Positions 25,686 through 33,779 of a stretch of DNA of 34,889 nucleotides are shown here, in pieces. Source of the stretch: a virus (Duplodnaviria; Caudoviricetes). The first letter of the stretch is position 1, and each line of letters starts with the position of its first letter. Below the pieces are notes generated by a model, which was given only the letters and a program-made list of their open reading frames with translations, made no database searches and had not been told where the DNA came from. The translations under genes and the position numbers were made by a program. The stretch is taken from IMG/VR virus record IMGVR_UViG_3300010048_000026, positions 1 to 34,889 of that record. The stretch is one strand, 5' to 3'.

Positions 25686-27042
25686 CCAGCGCCTCAACGA
25701 TCATGTCGAATACCGGCTGCCATTGCCGATCCTTGCCTTGGCGGAAAATCCTGTGCTTGGGCGACCACAGCATGTCGTTGGCTTTATGACCGATGCGGTA
25801 ATCGCGGCCCTGAAACGACGACGCGATCCAGCACTCCTTGCCGACCATGGTGCAGATATGGCCCAGCGCACTTTCGCAACAGATGACTAAATCCAAATCC
25901 CGCAAGAGGGATACGGTATCAACAACGTCCCGGATGTACGGAGAGAGATTTTTAATAAGTGCGGGGGCACCAATGACATTCGCGTCCTCCGCGTGGTCGC
26001 CAACTTGGATAGAATAGAGATGCACTCCGGGCACCCGGCAAAGGTCGAGGAAATAATCCACCGGTATGGATCGGTACTTGTCAATGTCGTTGAGCTTTGA
26101 ACCGCCCCACTGAATACCAATGTGAACTTTCTGATCGGGCACCATCCACGTTGTCGGTAGCGACAGCAATGGGTAAGAGACTTGCTTCTGCTTGCGGATT
26201 TCCTCATCGCTCAACCCCAGCGCGAACGGCAGACTGACGAACGTCGTCCATGCGTCAGCCTGCGGGAACGACGACCCGAACGGCAATAGATTTATGTTCG
26301 GGATGTCAATGAAGGCGTGCATGAACAGCCGCATCAGTTCCGGCTGCACATAAGCATGAATGAACTTCGCCCGTTTGGCCGCCTGATGAACAAAACGCGC
26401 AAAACACAGAGTGTCGCCCATCCCCTGATCGGCAACCAGAAAGACAGTCTTGTCCTCTTCGCCCAGCCATTTGGCATACGGATATTGTAGGAACTGGTGC
26501 AGCCGCCACTTGAAGCGGATTTCAAAGTGGCGAAACCCATCCTTAAGCCGCCGCCCGAATAAGAGAGCAAAAGCATAGGCCGCCTCCGTTACCGGGTTGT
26601 CCGGCTCCAGTTCCCAGCCCTTCTTGGCATGCTCGATGGCGCGCTTGTCGTCGTCCAGCAGGCTGTAGACCTGAGACAGGTTCGTCCATGTCGCCGGGTA
26701 AGACTTGTCCAACTCTAACGAGCGCTCCAGTGCCTTGCCCGCAGCGTCGATCTGTCCGTCCACGAACAACGCCCAGCCCAGATTGGAGTAGGTCTTCGCC
26801 ATCTCTTCTCTGGTATTGCTCTGCTGAAGCGCGCGGCGGAACGAGGCGATGGCGGCCTTGTAGAAGTTCAGGTCAATGCAGTTGTTGCCGTACTGGAAAT
26901 AGCCCTGTGCCCATGTCGGATCGAGATGGCAGGCGGACGCGAATAGCTGGAACGCAGTCGACGGATTGGTCGGCTTCGACTTGTCGTTGATGCAAGCTAC
27001 GCCTTGGTTGAAAAACTTGACCGCTGTTTCTCTATCGCCCAT
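25618..27042 (-). CDS. TPR-repeat protein with a GT-B (GT9-like) glycosyltransferase domain
   Basis: N-terminal TPRs; DQGMGDTLCFARF, SLPFAL, IGIQWGG...DKYRSIP, LDLVICCESALGH, RIFRQ...W. Confidence 0.85.
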   Translation of the reverse strand: MGDRETAVKFFNQGVACINDKSKPTNPSTAFQLFASACHLDPTWAQGYFQYGNNCIDLNFYKAAIASFRRALQQSNTREEMAKTYSNLGWALFVDGQIDAAGKALERSLELDKSYPATWTNLSQVYSLLDDDKRAIEHAKKGWELEPDNPVTEAAYAFALLFGRRLKDGFRHFEIRFKWRLHQFLQYPYAKWLGEEDKTVFLVADQGMGDTLCFARFVHQAAKRAKFIHAYVQPELMRLFMHAFIDIPNINLLPFGSSFPQADAWTTFVSLPFALGLSDEEIRKQKQVSYPLLSLPTTWMVPDQKVHIGIQWGGSKLNDIDKYRSIPVDYFLDLCRVPGVHLYSIQVGDHAEDANVIGAPALIKNLSPYIRDVVDTVSLLRDLDLVICCESALGHICTMVGKECWIASSFQGRDYRIGHKANDMLWSPKHRIFRQGKDRQWQPVFDMIVEALDERVNSKRKQDRLHGKRSPVLV

Positions 27043-28006
27043 TGATCTTCCTGATCTGGTACGCTACACGCTCGATGCCGTCTTCCAACGTGATCCGTGG
27101 CGTATAATACCGGGCCATTCTGGTTACATCGGCAACGCGGCTGAAGACGCCTTCCGGCTTGTCCGGGTCGTTGCGCACAAGCCGGTGCACGTTAAGGACC
27201 TCACAGGAGCGCGTGGCTAGCTCGCGGAACGATGTACCGACACCGCTGCCGATATTGAGGGTAGTGCCCGGCGGAGCGTCCATGCTCTGGATTATGCACT
27301 CAACTACGTCATCGATGTAGATGAAGTCGCGGCGCTGATCGCCGGAACCCCAGACCATGACCGGGTCCTCGCCATTGACGATGCGGCGGATGATCGACGG
27401 GAACGGATAGTCGAAGCTTTGATCATCGCCATAGCCGCCGAACGGACGGTAAACGTGAACATCTAACCCGTACTCTTCGGCAGCGAACTTCGCCAGATAC
27501 TCACCGGACACCTTGGCCCAGCCATAGGTCATGTCCGGCAGCGCTATGGTTTCATTAAACTCTATGAGTTCTTCATAAAGCTCCATCGCGCCTACGGGAT
27601 TGTCCCGTGTCTGGTACATCGATCCATACGCAGCGGACGATGAAAAATAGATCACCTTGGGCATGGTCTTGCCACGCACCACCCAATTGAAAAACTCCGC
27701 GTCAATCGACAGATCGGTGGCAACGGCCAGCGTGTCATGCTCGATCTTCAACCGGCCGCCTACCACGGCAGCGCAATGGATCACCAGATCGAAAGCGCCC
27801 GGCTGGAGAGCCATCAGGAAGGACCGACAATCGGCGAAGTTGATCCGCAGCTTGTCGGTCTTGTCGGGCTTATGCACCCAGTCTTCGGTCGGCACGCCCG
27901 ACACCATGTTATCGACGCAGTGAACCTCATCGCCACAGTCGGCGAAATGCTTGACGAAGCGCCGCCCAACGAACCCGTGACTGCCGGTAATTAACACCCG
28001 CCGCAT
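27032..28006 (-). CDS. NAD-dependent nucleotide-sugar epimerase/dehydratase
   Basis: GSHGFVG Rossmann motif, FSSSAAY, catalytic YGWAK, WGSGDQRRDFIYIDD. Confidence 0.92.
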   Translation of the reverse strand: MRRVLITGSHGFVGRRFVKHFADCGDEVHCVDNMVSGVPTEDWVHKPDKTDKLRINFADCRSFLMALQPGAFDLVIHCAAVVGGRLKIEHDTLAVATDLSIDAEFFNWVVRGKTMPKVIYFSSSAAYGSMYQTRDNPVGAMELYEELIEFNETIALPDMTYGWAKVSGEYLAKFAAEEYGLDVHVYRPFGGYGDDQSFDYPFPSIIRRIVNGEDPVMVWGSGDQRRDFIYIDDVVECIIQSMDAPPGTTLNIGSGVGTSFRELATRSCEVLNVHRLVRNDPDKPEGVFSRVADVTRMARYYTPRITLEDGIERVAYQIRKINGR

Positions 28007-28202
28007 CGTTTTCTCCGCTAATCGCCCAATACAATCTAAGGTTCACATCATCAGTCAGGCGCGGCCACATCGTGATCGTGCCCGCACCATTGACGCAGTA
28101 ATACAGCGGGAACTGCGCCTTTATTTCTTGGACATCGGACGAGTTCAGCTTTTCCCACATCTCTTCTTGATTGATGCGCAGGATTTCGTGAAGCTCAGTC
28201 AA
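27927..28202 (-). CDS. hypothetical protein
   Basis: TTG 28202 with a GGAGG SD (MTELHEILRINQEEMW...). Confidence 0.45.
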   Translation of the reverse strand: MTELHEILRINQEEMWEKLNSSDVQEIKAQFPLYYCVNGAGTITMWPRLTDDVNLRLYWAISGENDAAGVNYRQSRVRWAALRQAFRRLWR

Positions 28203-28620
28203 AGACCCTCCAGTCCCCGACATCGGTGGGCAAATCGGCGGCAAGACAATCAATCTTGTGATCGACGCGTTCGCCGAAGATTTTCGATATTTCGTTCTTG
28301 GCGCGGTTGCGCACACCATTGACGCTGTGTGTAGCGCGTAAGCGTCCGCCCTTACCGGACTTGCGCGCTATCGCCTCGTTCTCCCAGATGTAGCGATTGG
28401 AGAGCATCAGAACCAAAACGGCATAGATCAAGTTGGCTGGGTTCATGTACGGGCCGCCCTTTGACCATCCAGTCCAAGCTGCGCCGATATCATCCATGAT
28501 CAGCTTCATCTCTGCCAGATAAGCCCGCCGGTTATCTGGGATGAAGATCGACTTCATCAGCGTAATCGACAGCCGGTCGATCAGATCGGCAATGGTGGGC
28601 AAATACTTGCGCTCAGTCAT
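28195..28620 (-). CDS. DUF6165/DUF4254-like helical protein
   Basis: TIADLIDRLSITLMK...NRYIWENE...NGVRNRAKNEI. ATGA-coupled start at 28620. Confidence 0.6.
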   Translation of the reverse strand: MTERKYLPTIADLIDRLSITLMKSIFIPDNRRAYLAEMKLIMDDIGAAWTGWSKGGPYMNPANLIYAVLVLMLSNRYIWENEAIARKSGKGGRLRATHSVNGVRNRAKNEISKIFGERVDHKIDCLAADLPTDVGDWRVFD

Positions 28621-28871
28621 TTGTGTCGCCTCAAGTGAGGGGCTAGGGCGGACTTCATCGTCATAGAGAGCGTAATAGTCGAAACCTTGGGCCTCCCACT
28701 GGTAAGGCAAGTAGCGAGGCGCACATGATGATTTTCGAACCACCAGTTTTCTCCGGTCACCTTCTGGAATACGCCAAAGAAAATCCGGTCACCCTCGTTC
28801 TCCAGAAAGTGTGCTTCGGCTTCCCCCAATGGCGTGATCATCTCCAGCGGCGGATTGAGTTGCAGGATCAT
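28617..28871 (-). CDS. conserved hypothetical phage protein
   Basis: MILQLNPP...TPLGEAEAHF...TGENWWFEN, a small phage protein pattern I recognise. Confidence 0.65.
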   Translation of the reverse strand: MILQLNPPLEMITPLGEAEAHFLENEGDRIFFGVFQKVTGENWWFENHHVRLATCLTSGRPKVSTITLSMTMKSALAPHLRRHK

Positions 28872-30136
28872 AGGGGCGGCAGGGCATTGAAGTCGAACTT
28901 CACCCCCGGAACGTAGGGTTGCGCCTCGCGCGCCCGGACCCCGTAGAAGACGATACCCGATGTTAGAGCGGTCAGTCTTACCATTCGGTATCCCAGCCCG
29001 CCGGGGATGGCGAGTTGCAGCACATTGCCCGCGCCCTCCGGTATAAGCTCTGGTTCGCAGGAGAAGCCGGATAGCTCATCCTCGACCTTGACCTTGCCGC
29101 CCGCCTCGCCGCCAGACACCACCAGATCGACCGGGCCAAGGCAGGGGATGTTGACCGTGGGGAAGGTTGCGGCATCGGTGCCGCCGTTGAACCTGACCTT
29201 GCCTTGCGGGACCGCCCCGGACTTCCACGCAAAACAGCCCCAGCCCAGCGACCACTTGAACCGCCAGTCGCCGGAATAACTGCCGCCCAACGTGAATATC
29301 TGGTGCGGGAAGATAGTCCACATCGTGTCATAAAACAGTCGTGCGCCGGGAGTAGTCGGCAGGTCGAAATGCCCGCTCCGCACCAGACCAGAACGATCTA
29401 CGAACGTCTTAAAGGCAACATCGTTAGCCAATTCCTTTACCGGTTTTTTAGCGAGCTTAAGGCCCTGTTTCTCGATCTGATCTAGCTGTTTAGCTCTGGT
29501 CGGCACCAGCGCCAGCGACGCCCAGCCGCGCTGCGCCATCATCCGGTCATAGGACCAGTCGGCCACCAGCATGTTGTCCAGCCCCCGGAACGCCCAGTAG
29601 CGGCCGATATCGACCCCCGACAGCATGCTGAAGACGCGCCGGTTCTCACCGGCAAATCCCGTCCGGTATTGGTTGAGGACGAGTTCCGCCGCCTCGCGGG
29701 TAAAGATGATGTGGCCTGCGCCGATGTTGTGCATCAGGGCGTGGCCCTTGCGCTGCACCAGTATGCGGTCGACGTAGGTCCGCGCCGACACCGCCCCGAC
29801 CTTCAAGCCCTGCTCCGCGCCGTCCGCGAACAGTTCCATGGTCGGCTTGAACCAACCCGGTTCCAGCCTCAGATCGTTTTCGCACAGCCCGACATAGTCG
29901 TAGGTCGGATCGGTCAGCATCTTGGTCAGCGCATAGACGATATAGCGGCACGACCCGCCGGTCAGGCGCTCGCGGAAACAGTCGGCCTTCTCAAAGTATT
30001 TCAGGGCTTCCGGTTCGTCAGAGGCGTCGAACCACCACAGGTCCCACCCCTCCTGTTTGAGCAGCGGCGGGGCGGTCTGCTTGGTGTAATGCAGCCGGTT
30101 CTTGGACGAGTAGCTAATGCAGACCTTGTTCATCAT
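28868..30136 (-). CDS. GT-A fold (GT2-like) glycosyltransferase with a C-terminal beta domain
   Basis: VCISYSSKNR...WWFDASDE...YDYVGLCENDLRLEPGW (DxD-equivalent END). Confidence 0.7.
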   Translation of the reverse strand: MMNKVCISYSSKNRLHYTKQTAPPLLKQEGWDLWWFDASDEPEALKYFEKADCFRERLTGGSCRYIVYALTKMLTDPTYDYVGLCENDLRLEPGWFKPTMELFADGAEQGLKVGAVSARTYVDRILVQRKGHALMHNIGAGHIIFTREAAELVLNQYRTGFAGENRRVFSMLSGVDIGRYWAFRGLDNMLVADWSYDRMMAQRGWASLALVPTRAKQLDQIEKQGLKLAKKPVKELANDVAFKTFVDRSGLVRSGHFDLPTTPGARLFYDTMWTIFPHQIFTLGGSYSGDWRFKWSLGWGCFAWKSGAVPQGKVRFNGGTDAATFPTVNIPCLGPVDLVVSGGEAGGKVKVEDELSGFSCEPELIPEGAGNVLQLAIPGGLGYRMVRLTALTSGIVFYGVRAREAQPYVPGVKFDFNALPPL

Positions 30137-30338
30137 CTAGCTGCCGCAGCGTTAGGTCCTCATCAGTGTGTTTAACGAAATACGCCCATAATTTCTCTCG
30201 CTGTTCCTTTGGCGCTTCCATGATGATGTACTGCACAGCCAGAGACAGGGCATTCAGCACGGTGTCGAGCTTCTCACCTTCCAGCTTTTCACCTATCTCT
30301 TTTGCAATAACATCAACAATGGGAACCCTACCGGTCAT
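30114..30338 (-). CDS. hypothetical protein
   Basis: ATGA-coupled start at 30338 (MTGRVPIVDVIAKEIG...). Confidence 0.55.
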   Translation of the reverse strand: MTGRVPIVDVIAKEIGEKLEGEKLDTVLNALSLAVQYIIMEAPKEQREKLWAYFVKHTDEDLTLRQLDDEQGLH

Positions 30339-31327
30339 AGGACGCTCTCCACGTCGGTCATCCACGTATCGGCTAGCTCTGCTACGCCGTCCGGGCACCA
30401 GCCAACGTGCGAAATCACATCGTACATCTGGCGAACCGGATGCTTATCAACAGCGAACGTCTTCATATGGTCAAGCACGCCCGCCAGATGCACCACGTGC
30501 TTCATGCCGAACACTTCCTGTTCCAGATCGGCGTTCAGATCGTGCGGGTTCCTTTCTTGCCACACGAAAGGTTGCCCGAAGTGAACGTAATAGCCTTCGT
30601 CTCTCATCATCCTCTGGCAGATCAGCGAGGCGAAGATATCGTCGTAACGGCCGAATTGCGGACAACATAAAAGGCATGGCGCAAACCTCCGCAGTACCGC
30701 TGTGTTCTGGGTGTTGAAGACCGTCAAAGCATCGACCACCACGCCCGCCCGTAAGACTTCCGAAGCCACGTGCGTAATCGGATGGGTGGCGATGCGGGTC
30801 ACCGCAGCGATATCAGGATCGCCCAGAACAACACCAGCGCAGACCCCAATATTAGCGCCCACGCAAGGGTTAAGTGCATGCACTCCCAACTTCTCAGCCG
30901 GGAAACCTCGATGTGAAGCTGTCGGAAAAACCATTTGGCCGACATCGAACCACCCCGTCGAGGACGCCACCCGCAGCCCGTTGAACGGCTTCGCCATCGT
31001 CAGTTCGAAATGATCGAAGTAGTCGGAAGTGATCGGGATATTGTCGTCGTCAATGGTGATTATAAGCTCCGCGCCCCACTTGAGCGCTTCCAGCAGCGCG
31101 ATGTTGCGCCGGGTGATCGAGTTCCACGGCAGCACGCGCGATGTCTTCCACGCCGCCTGCTGTTGCACCGGGTCAAGATAAACCCACGGTCCGTCGAACA
31201 AGTCCGGCGTTTTCAGGTCGCCCGCAATAAACGTCCTGAAGTCGTCCGGTAACGTCTCGGCATGCTTGCGGTACAGCGCCAGCACCTTGGGCGTATGGAT
31301 CGTCGTAGTGATCAGCGCGATCTTCAT
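30335..31327 (-). CDS. STELLO / GT75 (RGP)-like glycosyltransferase or nucleotide-sugar mutase
   Basis: ITTTI, AGDLKTP, LPWNSITRRNIALL, ITIDDDNIP, RGFP, DPDIAA, FNTQNT, GRYDDIF. ATGA-coupled start at 31327. Confidence 0.8.
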   Translation of the reverse strand: MKIALITTTIHTPKVLALYRKHAETLPDDFRTFIAGDLKTPDLFDGPWVYLDPVQQQAAWKTSRVLPWNSITRRNIALLEALKWGAELIITIDDDNIPITSDYFDHFELTMAKPFNGLRVASSTGWFDVGQMVFPTASHRGFPAEKLGVHALNPCVGANIGVCAGVVLGDPDIAAVTRIATHPITHVASEVLRAGVVVDALTVFNTQNTAVLRRFAPCLLCCPQFGRYDDIFASLICQRMMRDEGYYVHFGQPFVWQERNPHDLNADLEQEVFGMKHVVHLAGVLDHMKTFAVDKHPVRQMYDVISHVGWCPDGVAELADTWMTDVESVL

Positions 31328-31578
31328 TTGGCTTTCTTGCTCGCCTTCTCCAGCCACTGGTGCATGATCTTGCGGATAAGTTGCGCTCGCGTCAGATCAA
31401 GCGCCTTGGCTTCCTGCTGGAACAGCTTCCAGTCCGCAGGATCAAGCCGCAACATGACCGGGATTGTCTTCATCGCACCGGAACGGGGCGGCCCGCGAAA
31501 GCCGCCCCGCCGCTTGGGCCGTGCCGGGGTTGCCAGTGGCACGGCATGGTTCAGCACGCAACAAGTGTAGCGAAGCAA
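31324..31578 (-). CDS. ribbon-helix-helix (CopG/Arc-like) DNA-binding protein
   Basis: IPVMLRLDPADWKLFQQEAKALDLTRAQLIRKIMHQWL. Start uncertain (31578, 31557 or 31473). Confidence 0.7.
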   Translation of the reverse strand: MLRYTCCVLNHAVPLATPARPKRRGGFRGPPRSGAMKTIPVMLRLDPADWKLFQQEAKALDLTRAQLIRKIMHQWLEKASKKAK

Positions 31579-31579
31579 A

Positions 31580-32110
31580 CTACGCTGGCGCTGTCAAGAG
31601 CCGAAAAATCGCGCTCTCGCCGTGCATCTGCCCCAGATACTCGGCGGCGTAATTGGTGGCCCTGAGAAATTCGCAGAACGCCTTGCCCTCATGCTCCAGA
31701 TTGCGCGGCCGCCCCAGCATCTCGTCAAACAACAGGATCGCGCCATGGGCAAAGCGCTGGTGGATGGTCATCAGGGCAAAACTGGTGGACGAGTACAGAT
31801 CAAGATCGAAATGCACGAACGCCACCGGCTCGACGTGGCGGCGCAGGAACAACGGCAAGGTCAGTTGCAGCATCCCGGCAACGACATGCACATGGTCGGG
31901 AACCTTCGGTATCTCGCCGAACTGGGTGAACGCCCCGGCCTGATCCCACTGGTCCCAAGTCTCGGGCAGACCCAGAAACCAGTCGAAGGTCCATAGCGGG
32001 CGCGGCGTGCGCTCGGCAAAACGGCGCGCCGAACCGCCCGCCCCGGTGCCGAACTCCAGCAACAGCCCGTCCGGGGCCGCCGCCAAAACCGCAGCTAGCT
32101 CGTCAGTGAT
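31580..32110 (-). CDS. TylF/MycF/NovP-like sugar O-methyltransferase
   Basis: LLLEFGTGAGGS, FDWFLGLPE, FVHFDLDLYSST, ILLFDE. Track start is TTG 32086, but the frame is open to ATC 32110. Confidence 0.8.
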   Translation of the reverse strand: MTDELAAVLAAAPDGLLLEFGTGAGGSARRFAERTPRPLWTFDWFLGLPETWDQWDQAGAFTQFGEIPKVPDHVHVVAGMLQLTLPLFLRRHVEPVAFVHFDLDLYSSTSFALMTIHQRFAHGAILLFDEMLGRPRNLEHEGKAFCEFLRATNYAAEYLGQMHGESAIFRLLTAPA

Positions 32111-32340
32111 TATCGCTTCTTGCGCGGGGCGCGCTTGGTAGGGTGCACATCGTCCGCCTCGTCGTCCGCCTCGTCGTCCGCAACCTCCGCCTCCGGGGCT
32201 TCCTCATAAGCCTTGCCGGTCAGGAAATCGTGGATCAGGCGCAACGCATCGTTGACGCTGTCCCGGTCCAAGGTCCCGGCGTTGACCGCCTGATGAATGC
32301 GATGCAGTTGCGCCAGTATGTCAGGATTGACTTCCGCCAT
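32110..32340 (-). CDS. small hypothetical protein with an acidic then basic tail
   Basis: Strong SD GGAGAGGA; 76 aa. Confidence 0.65.
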   Translation of the reverse strand: MAEVNPDILAQLHRIHQAVNAGTLDRDSVNDALRLIHDFLTGKAYEEAPEAEVADDEADDEADDVHPTKRAPRKKR

Positions 32341-32361
32341 GGTGTCCTCTCCGCCGCCAAG

Positions 32362-33162
32362 CTAGACCGGTTTGCGCCAGCACGCCAGCCAGCAAGTTTG
32401 CTTGGCGCGCTTCTCAGTGAAAATCATCCCCAAAAACATCGTCTGTTGCGCCGCAATAAACTCCGCGTCCAGCGCCGGATCAATGCGCTCAATCTCATGC
32501 GTCGCCGCCAGCAACGCCGCAATCCGCTCGCTCACCCCCGAATTGAGAAAATCATGACACTCGATGATGAAATCACCGTTGAGCGCCAGCAACGATGCCA
32601 CCGCGTCTTCCTCCGCTCCCTCATTGTCAATGACCACCAGACACGGCGGTTCCGGCGTGATGCCAACCCCGCGATCCGTCACAAACGCAACCACACGGTC
32701 CGATACCCCATTGAGCGCCGCCGCCTCGCTGGTCAGCCGCATCGCCTCCAGCGCAATGTCACACGCATAAACCCCAGCCTGCGGCAGGCGGCGCGCCAGA
32801 CCCACCGCATAATACCCCTCACAACAACCAATATTGAGAACCGACTGCGGTTGGCGAGATATCGCCTTCTCAATCACATCCCATAACTCACGCTCATACC
32901 GCCCACTGAGCTTCAAACATAAATTGCCGTCATGCCAGCGCGGCTCCGCAACCAATTCCATCCCCGTAAACGGACCAGCACAAACCCGCTTGTCCGCGTA
33001 AGACCGGTAAACCTTGTAATCCAAATGATTGATGTCGCCCTGCACACTCTCCCAATGCGCCTGCGCATCAGGACCAACCAGATCAATCCGCACCAGCGCC
33101 TCCCCACTCGGCACTAACCGCGTCGCCACAACATCCCGCCGCCACGCGCGCGTACCAGTCAT
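32362..33162 (-). CDS. class I SAM methyltransferase (FkbM-like)
   Basis: GPFTGM, GRYEREL, VLNIGCCEGYYAVGLA, VIDNEGAE, IIECHD. Confidence 0.78.
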   Translation of the reverse strand: MTGTRAWRRDVVATRLVPSGEALVRIDLVGPDAQAHWESVQGDINHLDYKVYRSYADKRVCAGPFTGMELVAEPRWHDGNLCLKLSGRYERELWDVIEKAISRQPQSVLNIGCCEGYYAVGLARRLPQAGVYACDIALEAMRLTSEAAALNGVSDRVVAFVTDRGVGITPEPPCLVVIDNEGAEEDAVASLLALNGDFIIECHDFLNSGVSERIAALLAATHEIERIDPALDAEFIAAQQTMFLGMIFTEKRAKQTCWLACWRKPV

Positions 33163-33395
33163 TTTTCCTCCAACGCCGCGTCGATCATGGCTTGCCAGAA
33201 ATATTTTTTGTTGCCTCGGTTATACCGCACCCCAACTGCATCCAGCATTTTATCACTCGGCTCCCGCATCGCCGCAATGGCAGCGCGGGCCATATTGTTG
33301 ATCATCCTCAATGACGGCTTGACTGTAGGCGGATTGCGCCAGTCAACTTCCATCTTGTCAGCTATCGCCCGCGCCACACGCTCAATCATGCTCAC
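33159..33395 (-). CDS. conserved hypothetical phage protein
   Basis: MIERVARAI...ARAAIAAMREPS...WQAMIDAAL pattern, which I associate with alphaproteobacterial phages. Confidence 0.7.
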   Translation of the reverse strand: MSMIERVARAIADKMEVDWRNPPTVKPSLRMINNMARAAIAAMREPSDKMLDAVGVRYNRGNKKYFWQAMIDAALEEK

Positions 33396-33610
33396 TTGCG
33401 CCCACGCTTCCGCCGCTTCTTAACCAACCCAGAACGATACCGCCGCATGTACTCCCTTTGGTAAGCACGCTTGTCAAAAACCCGCTTCCGCCCCTCAGCT
33501 GCCAAAAATCGCTCCAACCCCATACATACCAAACTTAAACTCCGATCCAACGGCGAATACTCAGCCCTCACTCGCCCTACCGCCAATAATAACTCCGCTC
33601 GATCAACCAT
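33392..33610 (-). CDS. small basic protein, first gene of the leftward operon
   Basis: GGAGG SD; FDKRAYQREYMRRYR motif and K/R-rich tail. Confidence 0.65.
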   Translation of the reverse strand: MVDRAELLLAVGRVRAEYSPLDRSLSLVCMGLERFLAAEGRKRVFDKRAYQREYMRRYRSGLVKKRRKRGRK

Positions 33611-33622
33611 AATACATACCTC

Positions 33623-33643
33623 CGTTAGCCTTATAGTCTAACG
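33623..33643. promoter_or_regulatory. palindromic operator 1, CGTTAG-N9-CTAACG
   Basis: Straddles the leftward -10 box; a second copy lies at 34656-34676. Confidence 0.55.
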
Positions 33644-33658
33644 AAATCCCAATGCCAA
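33630..33658 (-). promoter_or_regulatory. sigma70-like promoter of the leftward operon
   Basis: Minus strand TTGGCA-N17-TATAAG directly upstream of GGAGG and ATG 33610. Confidence 0.6.
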
Positions 33659-33779
33659 ATTTTCCGGGGCGGCAAAGAGGCGGGGTGCCCCCGAAATCGC
33701 CAAGCACTGGGCCATGCCACGTCGCAGGGGGCGCGGGCGAGCGACCGTCGCCTACGGGATAGGACGGAACGCCGTCTGC

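Noticed and set aside
947-28006. Long same-strand gene overlaps (947/1008, 23916/23959, 25618/25685, 27927/28006) as programmed frameshifts or recoding
   Set aside because: Downstream genes have their own starts, mostly with SD-like sequences, and I saw no slippery sites. C-terminal run-on in a compact genome explains them.
24891-33162. Glycosyltransferase cluster as host LPS/capsule DNA flanking a prophage, or as a DNA hypermodification locus
   Set aside because: It is interleaved and coupled with typical small phage genes, so it is phage-borne. No base-hydroxylating or hydroxymethylating enzyme is visible in the window, so DNA modification is disfavoured but not excluded.
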